Shown: positions 1 through 6,281 of the stretch, piece after piece | Layout: each line of letters begins with the position of its first letter | Position numbering within the stretch: position 1 is the first letter of the stretch | The notes under the pieces: generated by a model | What the model was told of the DNA's origin: nothing | The model's database searches: none | Seen by the model: the letters and a program-made list of their open reading frames with translations, nothing else | Assembly (NCBI GenBank): GCA_041640455.1 | Contig: JBEQAF010000068.1 | Span: 1-11,477 of the forward strand | DNA length: 11,477 nt | Direction: 5' to 3' | Source: a bacterium | GTDB lineage: Bacteria; CALINM01 | Program-made: the position numbers and the translations under genes

Positions 1-2
1 TT

Positions 3-149
3 TCTGACCCGGATTTCAAATCAGGTAGGTTTGATACTCAGTTTATAGACAAGAAACCCCATCTGCTGGATTATCAGGACTACGTAGATCCTATGGATTA
101 TGTTACAGCCATAGCAGCTGCAATAGCAGTTAGGGAAGGAGAGATATAA
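3..149 (+). CDS. Biotin carboxylase subunit, C-terminal fragment (pyruvate/2-oxoglutarate carboxylase subunit A-like); 5' truncated by window
   Basis: Not in the ORF track. My translation of frame 3 is SDPDFKSGRFDTQFIDKKPHLLDYQDYVDPMDYVTAIAAAIAVREGEI*, with TAA at 147-149. DPDFxxGxFDTxFI is the typical end of a biotin carboxylase domain, and the AIAAAIA tail resembles PycA. It lies directly upstream of a biotin-carrier gene. Confidence 0.85.
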   Translation, partial: SDPDFKSGRFDTQFIDKKPHLLDYQDYVDPMDYVTAIAAAIAVREGEI

Positions 150-151
150 CT

Positions 152-628
152 ATGAAGAAAGAGAGCAAGGTTACTTATATAAGATTGGCACCAAAGCAAT
201 ATAAATTATATCTACACGGCAATGAGTATGATGTGAGAGTAATCGGAGTGGGACACAGGCAGGGCGACGTAAAACCGCTTTTTTTAGAAATTGACGGCAA
301 GCTTGAAGAGGTAATGATTGAGGTAAAAGAGTTTGAAGAGGTGGTAGAGGAGCTTGCTATACCCACAGCAGGAGTGGCTACAGAAGTTTACAAGAAAAAA
401 CAAAAGGCTGAAAGAGACGGAGATGTAACCACTCCCATTCCGGGTAAGATTAGCGAGGTGCTTGTGTCAGTTGGCGATCATGTGAAGATTGGTCAGCCAG
501 TGCTTATTGTGGAAGCCATGAAGATGGAAAACGAGATTCACGCACCTAAGGATGGCGTGGTAAAAGAGATATATGTTTCAAAAGATGACAATGTAATGCC
601 CGATGAAGCACTTATATATATTGAATAG
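152..628 (+). CDS. Biotin carboxyl carrier protein with an N-terminal PycB-like linker/tetramerisation region
   Basis: EAMKMENE biotinylation motif; biotinyl-domain pattern VTTPIPGKI...VGDHVKIGQPVLIV...APKDGVV; SD-like AAGGAG upstream within the end of the previous gene. Confidence 0.92.
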   Translation: MKKESKVTYIRLAPKQYKLYLHGNEYDVRVIGVGHRQGDVKPLFLEIDGKLEEVMIEVKEFEEVVEELAIPTAGVATEVYKKKQKAERDGDVTTPIPGKISEVLVSVGDHVKIGQPVLIVEAMKMENEIHAPKDGVVKEIYVSKDDNVMPDEALIYIE

Positions 629-667
629 TAAATTTTTTACTGAATTAGATCCTTATAAAAATTAGCT

Positions 668-1393
668 CTAATCAACAAGTTTCAAGAAGTAATCTTCCAG
701 CTGGGTGTCGGAGTAATTTTTTCTTACCTCATCCAGTCTACCTGATAGTATTATCTCTCCCTGTCTAATTATGGCTAGGCTTGTAGCAATCTCTTCTACA
801 AGACTGAGTATATGGGTGGAGATAAAAAAGGTTTTCCCCTTCTCGGTCTGGTTTTTAATTAATAGCTTAAGGTTTTTTGCCGATTTTGGATCTAAACCCA
901 CCAGCGGCTCATCCATAATAATAATATCTGGATCGTGAGAAAAAGCCGCAATAAGAATAAGCTTTTGCTTCATCCCGTGAGAATAATTCTCTATTAGCTC
1001 ATCCATCCAGGAACTTAACTCAAAGGTCTCTATCAGCTCGCCGGTAATCTTGTTAAATATTTTCTCATCCACTTTATAAACATCTCGTACAAAGCTAAGA
1101 AACTCTGCGCCTGTCAGTTTTTCATAAAGGAAGGGTCTATCTGGCACATATCCAATGGATTGTTTTGCCCTCAGATTATCTTTCAAAAAATCTATGCCAT
1201 TAACAAATATTTCCCCGCTGGTCGGGACAAGGATCCCCGTGATCATTTTAATGGTTGTGGTCTTTCCAGCGCCATTGGGTCCGATAAAGGCAAATATCTC
1301 GCCTTTTTCAATCTGAAGATTAATATCCTTACAGGCATGAAAGCTACCGTAAAACTTATTAAGATTAACCGTTTTGATGGAAGGAAAGCTCAT
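668..1393 (-). CDS. ABC transporter ATP-binding protein (ABC-2/exporter type)
   Basis: Walker A GPNGAGKTT, signature-like YSHGMKQKL, Walker B IIIMDEP, H-loop ISTH. Confidence 0.95.
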   Translation of the reverse strand: MSFPSIKTVNLNKFYGSFHACKDINLQIEKGEIFAFIGPNGAGKTTTIKMITGILVPTSGEIFVNGIDFLKDNLRAKQSIGYVPDRPFLYEKLTGAEFLSFVRDVYKVDEKIFNKITGELIETFELSSWMDELIENYSHGMKQKLILIAAFSHDPDIIIMDEPLVGLDPKSAKNLKLLIKNQTEKGKTFFISTHILSLVEEIATSLAIIRQGEIILSGRLDEVRKNYSDTQLEDYFLKLVD

Positions 1394-2702
1394 ATTTTTT
1401 TTCAGATTTTATATTTTCTAAATAATTTTCACTGCCTCTTTTGCCAAGTATGAAAAAGGTGATCCTCTTACCTATCTCAACCGCAGGCTGGTCAAAGGGG
1501 TTAATGTTATAAAAAATCCCTGAAAGTGCACAGGATAGCTCAAAAAAGTAAAAAAGTGCTCCAAGAGTTTTAAGATTAAGCTCCTCTATCTCAAAGCTAA
1601 TAACAGGAACGGACTCTTTTATAAAAGCGCCAAGAGTGCCTTTATACTCGGCATCAAAAAGCTCATCAAAGCTTTTGCCATTAAGATAGTTTGCACTTTC
1701 TGAATCATTAAATATTTCAGGAATTTTTAAACCAACTCTTTCATTTGTTTTAAACATAAGCACAGCCTTATCTTGAGGACCTTCTAAGTATAGCTGCAGC
1801 TGTGAATGCTGATCCGTTACTCCTCTTGCAACAATCGGGGTCTGACCGGTTCGCAAAATCTCATTGTTAGTGCCATATTTTTTACCAAGGCTTTCAGCCC
1901 AGAGCTGACTGAACCAGTGACAGAACATATTAAGCCGATCACAGTAAGGAAAAAAAACAAGATTGCTTTTTTCCCGACGGATATTTAACAGGTATAAAAG
2001 GGTGGTAAACAAAAAGAGCTCCTCAGTATTTTTTTCAACAATTCTTGCTCCTTCTATAAGCTGAGCCAGATCTTCGGCAAGAAATCCAGCAGGTAAAAGC
2101 CCCACATAGGATAGTACAGAAAATCTACCACCAAGCTCAGGCGGAACTTCAAATGCCCTTATCTGTTCTTTTCTGGCAAGATCTCTTAAAAAACCTTTCT
2201 GTGGGTCGGTGATAAATACAAAATGCTCCCGCACGTCATGACCTGCCTGCTTTACAAGATTATAGGCATACATAAACTGAGAAAGTGTCTCTACAGTCTC
2301 GCCTGATTTGCTGATTACAAAAAACAAGGTCTCTTTAAGATCAATTTTTCCAAATATATGGGATAGAAAGAAAGGATCAATATTATCAAGCACATAAAAG
2401 TTCTTCTCAAGATCTCTAAAGCAGTAAAGATTTAAGATGGCTTTGAGCCCGAGAGCAGACCCACCAATGCCAAGCACTACAATATTTTTAAAATTTTTGT
2501 TTTCTTCATAAAATATCTTGCTATCTTCTACAAATCGATCATCTTTGATAATCTTAACAAAACCATAATCCTTTTTTTTCTTTAAAAAGCTGTTAAAATC
2601 TTCTCTAAGCTGGTTTAGAAAAAAATTAAGTTCAGCTTCTTTAATTCCATTTTTTTCTCCTATAATATCTGCCATAGCTCCTGAATAATCTAATTTTAAC
2701 AT
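1365..2702 (-). CDS. pgi: Glucose-6-phosphate isomerase
   Basis: Motifs GIGGSALG, ISKSGETVET, GGRFSVLS, QLWAESLGK, GVTDQHSQLQ and NPFDQPAVEIGK; 445 aa; purine-rich SD upstream. Confidence 0.97.
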   Translation of the reverse strand: MLKLDYSGAMADIIGEKNGIKEAELNFFLNQLREDFNSFLKKKKDYGFVKIIKDDRFVEDSKIFYEENKNFKNIVVLGIGGSALGLKAILNLYCFRDLEKNFYVLDNIDPFFLSHIFGKIDLKETLFFVISKSGETVETLSQFMYAYNLVKQAGHDVREHFVFITDPQKGFLRDLARKEQIRAFEVPPELGGRFSVLSYVGLLPAGFLAEDLAQLIEGARIVEKNTEELFLFTTLLYLLNIRREKSNLVFFPYCDRLNMFCHWFSQLWAESLGKKYGTNNEILRTGQTPIVARGVTDQHSQLQLYLEGPQDKAVLMFKTNERVGLKIPEIFNDSESANYLNGKSFDELFDAEYKGTLGAFIKESVPVISFEIEELNLKTLGALFYFFELSCALSGIFYNINPFDQPAVEIGKRITFFILGKRGSENYLENIKSEKKYELSFHQNG

Positions 2703-2705
2703 CTC

Positions 2706-3281
2706 TCACTCCCTTGGTTTTGCTAATATTTCAAGAACTTTTAGATTAAGAAATCTTTTGGATGCTGCAGATCTAATTATGCATACCGTATCAGCCCCAT
2801 ATCCCGTACCTGCAATAGCAACTACCTCTTTGTTCTCCTCAATTAGCCCACCATCAACTGCTGACATCACTATCTCACAGCAAACTTTTACCCCCTGTCC
2901 TAAGCGCCTTAAGGTATGAGCAATTAAAATAGTAGGATAAACACCATTAAACTGAGCAGCAATACCAGACTCGATGCTGTGAGTCAGCATGGTGGCAGTA
3001 TGAACCTTTACATTGAGCTCTTTTAAAAATTTTTTATTCTCATCTGTAAGCTCTATAGTGTTCGGTTCTTTGTAGCCAAAGCTGTGCGTAACAGCAATTA
3101 TATTAATTTCCTTTAAATCTCTCTCTTTGAAATGTCTTGCTAAGCTAACAGCCGTTGAACCCGTTGTGGTTGCCACAATAAAATCTTTATAGCCATCGAG
3201 TGCCAGAAAATACGCTATCTCAAGACATTTTTGAGTATTTTCTTTACCGGCCTTTTCAAAATAACAAACTAATCTTTCCAT
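2706..3281 (-). CDS. Pyruvate kinase C-terminal (alpha/beta) domain-like conserved protein (MTH1675/AF0103-like)
   Basis: Family motifs YFEKAGKENT, IVATTTGSTA, VTHSFG, LRRLGQGVKVCCEI, AIAGTGYGADT and EILAKPR. I moved the start from the track's TTG at 3299 to the ATG at 3281 (MERLVCYF), because the extra codons overlap a promoter -10 element. Confidence 0.8.
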   Translation of the reverse strand: MERLVCYFEKAGKENTQKCLEIAYFLALDGYKDFIVATTTGSTAVSLARHFKERDLKEINIIAVTHSFGYKEPNTIELTDENKKFLKELNVKVHTATMLTHSIESGIAAQFNGVYPTILIAHTLRRLGQGVKVCCEIVMSAVDGGLIEENKEVVAIAGTGYGADTVCIIRSAASKRFLNLKVLEILAKPRE

Positions 3282-3316
3282 ATAAGTTTTATACCACAAA
3301 AATGCCAGTCATGCAA
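3282..3316 (-). promoter_or_regulatory. Sigma70-type promoter, probably leaderless, for the PK_C-pgi-ABC operon
   Basis: Minus strand: TTGCAT (3316-3311), 17 nt, TATAAA (3293-3288) with a TGn extension, 6 nt, ATG (3281). No SD. Confidence 0.6.
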
Positions 3317-3368
3317 AGAACCTTCTAATCTTATCAAGTAACTAAGATTCTAAAAATAGGATGTATTG

Positions 3369-3397
3369 TTGATTTTAATTTAATTCTGAGATAGAAT
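3369..3397 (+). promoter_or_regulatory. Sigma70-type promoter of the hemerythrin gene
   Basis: TTGATT (3369-3374), 17 nt, TAGAAT (3392-3397); SD-like AAGGGG before the ATG at 3422. Confidence 0.6.
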
Positions 3398-3421
3398 TTA
3401 TTTAAAAACAAGGGGTTTTAT

Positions 3422-3835
3422 ATGGCTCTTGAATGGAGTAATGACCTATCAACCGGTGTGGTTGAGATTGATGAGCAACACAAAGAGCTTATTAAAAATA
3501 TCAACATGCTTCTTAAAGCCTGTCAGGAAGGTAAGGGGAAGGAAATACTTGGAGATATGATTGATTTTCTTGGTAAATATGTGGTTACTCACTTTTCTAC
3601 CGAAGAACGTTATATGGATAAGTATAAATATCCTGACAAAACTGCCCACAGGCAGGAGCATAAATATTTCTTTGAAACTTTTGAAAATATCAAACAGAAC
3701 CATTTCAATAAGAACGAGATCCTTTTAACCACCATTAAACTTAATGATCTATTGGTAAAGTGGCTGGTCAATCACATTAAAAAGACTGATAAGAGTATGG
3801 GTGATTTTATATCCAAATCGTCAGTAAAGACTTGA
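3422..3835 (+). CDS. Bacteriohemerythrin (single-domain, non-heme di-iron O2/NO-binding protein)
   Basis: N-terminal WSNDLSTGVVEIDEQHKEL and a complete iron-ligand set: H, HFSTEE, HRQEH, WLVNHIKKTD. Confidence 0.95.
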   Translation: MALEWSNDLSTGVVEIDEQHKELIKNINMLLKACQEGKGKEILGDMIDFLGKYVVTHFSTEERYMDKYKYPDKTAHRQEHKYFFETFENIKQNHFNKNEILLTTIKLNDLLVKWLVNHIKKTDKSMGDFISKSSVKT

Positions 3836-3871
3836 AAAATTAAGGGTTATGAGAGTTTCCCCTCATAACCC
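3836..3871 (-). terminator. Intrinsic terminator of the nitrite reductase gene (possibly bidirectional)
   Basis: Perfect 10-bp inverted repeat GGGTTATGAG (3844-3853) / CTCATAACCC (3862-3871). On the minus strand it extends to 12 bp (one G-U) with a GAAA tetraloop and is followed by TTAATTTTT. It lies between convergent genes. Confidence 0.85.
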
Positions 3872-3883
3872 CACCTGTAAATT

Positions 3884-5464
3884 TTATTTCTGAGTAGCAG
3901 TTTTTTCCTTTATTGCTTTATCAAGAATCTCAATGCCCTTTTTGGATGCTTCTATAGACATTGATAAAGACTGTCTTGCCTGATCTGGATTGTGAAATCC
4001 ATCTGAGTTTTCAGCAGTCCACCACTCCCAGTGGGTATGGGCTATATCATGCTGCTTTCTTGCCTCTTTAAGAATATCATCCGAAACACCTAACTTTTTA
4101 GCCTTTTCAAACTTATCAATAAACTGACTGAGCCAGTACTCGGACTTTCTAATTTTACCTTTAACATAGTTTTTTACACTGTCAATGGTGTAAACTGCTT
4201 TTTTCTCATCCCAGTCTTTGTGGCATCTCAAGCAGGTCTCTTTAACAAACTCTTTCGGGCTTGCAACGAAGTGGCTTGTGTAAACTTTTCCAGATTTATT
4301 TTTAGTTTTTGGCATATGGCAATCCGCACAGGTAGCCCCTGCCCTTTCGTGTTTGCTGTCAAAAAAGGTTTCTGCTTCAGGGTGCTGATATTTGATGAGG
4401 TTTGCTTCGGTGATCGGATGTCTGTAATCTCTGAAATTAATATCATCATAAAATTTCAGCACATCAAACACGTTCTTCCATGGAAAAATATTTGTTCTCT
4501 TATCATTAAATCCTATCTTTTTATTAAAATCATCCTTTTCAAATCCCGGGTTACAGGCATACTCCACATGACACTGGGCACACTGTAATACCGAATCATT
4601 CTTTTTTAACAGACCAATCTTTCTAAAACCTCTAAACTCAACTACATCAAGCGCATTTTTATCATTCTTTTTGCTGTAAGGTCTGTCACCATCCCTTGTA
4701 ACAGCCTGAATTAGGGCATCTCTTATCACTCTTGGTTTTGCTGCATGGGGATCATGACATTCAATGCAACCAGCGGGGTTCTGAGCTTCCTTTACAACAT
4801 CCAGAATGTTTGACGTCCTGTCCCATTTTGCCTTAGGATTTTTCTCTCCTAAATATGCCCACTTAAGAACAAAGTCAGAGGTTTTACAATGAAGACAGGT
4901 AGGATTTGCAGCTTTTGCCGTTTCTGGGAGATTTTTTACCGTATCAATAATCAAATCCCATGCTTTTCCTGTTTTGGTTATATCTGCCCAGTTTTTCAAC
5001 TGAAATTTTCCACCAAAGGCTCTATCAACAAGTATATGATCTATCAGCATAAATGGATGACTTCTTGGCTCTGCATGCTCCTTTGTAAACCCATGACCAA
5101 GAAGTAGTTTGTCAAGTAAGGGTGCCCTTCCATCAGGTGTGGCTTTCTCCTTTTTTGCCCTTTTGTGATAATTTACCTGATAGTAAGAATCATACTGATC
5201 TTTATGACATCTACCACAGTTATCAAGACCTAATTCCGTATAAGGCTTTGTTTCAGGATTGTTAAGATGCTCGCTAAGACTGCTATGGCACTGTTCACAG
5301 TTAATCTTTGCATGTTTTGAGCCCTCTTTTAGAGCCTTAATCTCCTCATGACAGGCATAACATTTTTTACTGTCAACCGCAGGAGAAGACCCCTTTTTTG
5401 CCCCATAAGACACTGAAGAGATTAATACTACGGTCATGAGGCTAAGAAAGAAGATTTTTTTCAT
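3884..5464 (-). CDS. Octaheme ammonia-forming cytochrome c nitrite reductase (ONR/TvNiR type, NrfA family)
   Basis: Sec-type signal peptide. Eight heme motifs: CYACH, CEQCH, CGRCH, CLHCK (catalytic, Lys-ligated), CIECH, CAQCH, CADCH, CLRCH. Catalytic-residue contexts EPRSH, CHVEYAC and QHPE; C-terminal AENSDGFHNP; 526 aa; SD AAGGAGG at 5471-5477. Confidence 0.95.
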   Translation of the reverse strand: MKKIFFLSLMTVVLISSVSYGAKKGSSPAVDSKKCYACHEEIKALKEGSKHAKINCEQCHSSLSEHLNNPETKPYTELGLDNCGRCHKDQYDSYYQVNYHKRAKKEKATPDGRAPLLDKLLLGHGFTKEHAEPRSHPFMLIDHILVDRAFGGKFQLKNWADITKTGKAWDLIIDTVKNLPETAKAANPTCLHCKTSDFVLKWAYLGEKNPKAKWDRTSNILDVVKEAQNPAGCIECHDPHAAKPRVIRDALIQAVTRDGDRPYSKKNDKNALDVVEFRGFRKIGLLKKNDSVLQCAQCHVEYACNPGFEKDDFNKKIGFNDKRTNIFPWKNVFDVLKFYDDINFRDYRHPITEANLIKYQHPEAETFFDSKHERAGATCADCHMPKTKNKSGKVYTSHFVASPKEFVKETCLRCHKDWDEKKAVYTIDSVKNYVKGKIRKSEYWLSQFIDKFEKAKKLGVSDDILKEARKQHDIAHTHWEWWTAENSDGFHNPDQARQSLSMSIEASKKGIEILDKAIKEKTATQK

Positions 5465-5495
5465 TGTCTACCTCCTTAAATTATTAATTTTGATT

Positions 5496-5525
5496 AAGAT
5501 AACATCACTTTTATATATCTTTCAA
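5496..5525 (-). promoter_or_regulatory. Putative sigma70 promoter of the nitrite reductase gene
   Basis: Minus strand: TTGAAA (5525-5520), 18 nt, TATCTT with a TGn extension. Confidence 0.5.
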
Positions 5526-5535
5526 GGTTAATGGA

Positions 5536-5562
5536 TGTAAAAAATTTGTAAATTTTTGTAAA
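5536..5562 (-). promoter_or_regulatory. Three phased direct repeats (TTTACA), putative OmpR/PhoB-family operator
   Basis: TGTAAA on the + strand at 5536-5541, 5547-5552 and 5557-5562 (periods 11 and 10 bp), just upstream of the putative -35 and next to an OmpR-family gene. Confidence 0.65.
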
Positions 5563-5580
5563 GAATGATTTTCAGATTTA

Positions 5581-6270
5581 TCAGGAGATTTTTAACTTAT
5601 AACCCTTTTGCGGAACAGTAATTAATACTTTGGGCTCTTGAGGATTATCTTCTAACTTATCTCTTAGATGGCTTATGTGCACATCAATTGTTCTTGACCA
5701 CTGGTATAGCTCCTTATCTTTCCATAAAGCTTCTTTTATCTCTTTTCTTGTAATAACTTGATTGGCATTTTTTAAAAGAAACATAAACAGATCAAACTGA
5801 GTGGGGGTAAGCTGAATAGTTTTTCCTCTGTATTCAACAGTTCGCTTTTCTTCATCAATATTTATCTCTTTAAAATCTGTAGGGCTATTAAAAGTCCTCC
5901 TATCGCATCTTCTTAATACAGCTTTAATTCTTGCAATCAGCTCAAGCGTATCAAAGGGTTTTACAAGATAATCATCAGCACCAAGCTCAAGCCCTAAAAT
6001 CTTATCGGAACTTCTATCTTTGGCAGTTATCATAATAACAGGCAGATTACTCTCCCTTCTAATAATCTGTAAAGCCTGATAGCCATCAATATCGGGTAAC
6101 ATAATATCCAGAAGAATGAGCGAAATCTCATTCATATGTTCCCTGAAAAGATTTATCCCCTCCTTTCCATCTGACCCGGTAATTACATCATACCCCTGCA
6201 TCTCCAGGACAGCCTTCAACACCTCCCTGATGTCTTTTTCATCATCTATTATTAGAATAAGCTCCTTCAT
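5581..6270 (-). CDS. OmpR/PhoB-family response regulator
   Basis: Receiver domain (IIDDE, LLDIMLP, MITAK, GADDYLVKPF) plus winged helix (LTPTQFDL, SRTIDVHISHLRDKLE, TVPQKGY). Confidence 0.97.
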   Translation of the reverse strand: MKELILIIDDEKDIREVLKAVLEMQGYDVITGSDGKEGINLFREHMNEISLILLDIMLPDIDGYQALQIIRRESNLPVIMITAKDRSSDKILGLELGADDYLVKPFDTLELIARIKAVLRRCDRRTFNSPTDFKEINIDEEKRTVEYRGKTIQLTPTQFDLFMFLLKNANQVITRKEIKEALWKDKELYQWSRTIDVHISHLRDKLEDNPQEPKVLITVPQKGYKLKIS

Positions 6271-6281
6271 ATCTACTCTCT

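Noticed and set aside
175..366. 63-aa minus-strand Ser-rich ORF
   Set aside because: Antisense shadow of the Glu-rich biotin-carrier gene; no motifs.
1160..1988. Plus-strand ORFs 1160..1453 and 1806..1988
   Set aside because: Antisense to the well-supported ABC ATPase and pgi genes; no recognisable domain.
3282..3299. TTG start at 3299 for the PK_C-like gene
   Set aside because: No SD, and the added codons coincide with the extended -10 element; the ATG at 3281 fits better.
3360..3366. GATGTAT, resembling an NsrR half-site, upstream of the hemerythrin
   Set aside because: No matching second half-site.
3449..3703. 84-aa hydrophobic minus-strand ORF
   Set aside because: Antisense to the hemerythrin; hydrophobicity reflects T-rich complement codons.
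4220..5107. ORFs 4220..4588 (+), 4228..4449 (-) and 4889..5107 (+)
   Set aside because: Entirely inside the nitrite reductase gene in alternative frames; scattered Cys residues form no credible motif.
5490..5503. FNR/Crp-like TTGAT-taag-ATAAC near the ONR -10
   Set aside because: Only 8/10 match to TTGAT-N4-ATCAA in very AT-rich DNA; not distinguishable from chance without orthologs.
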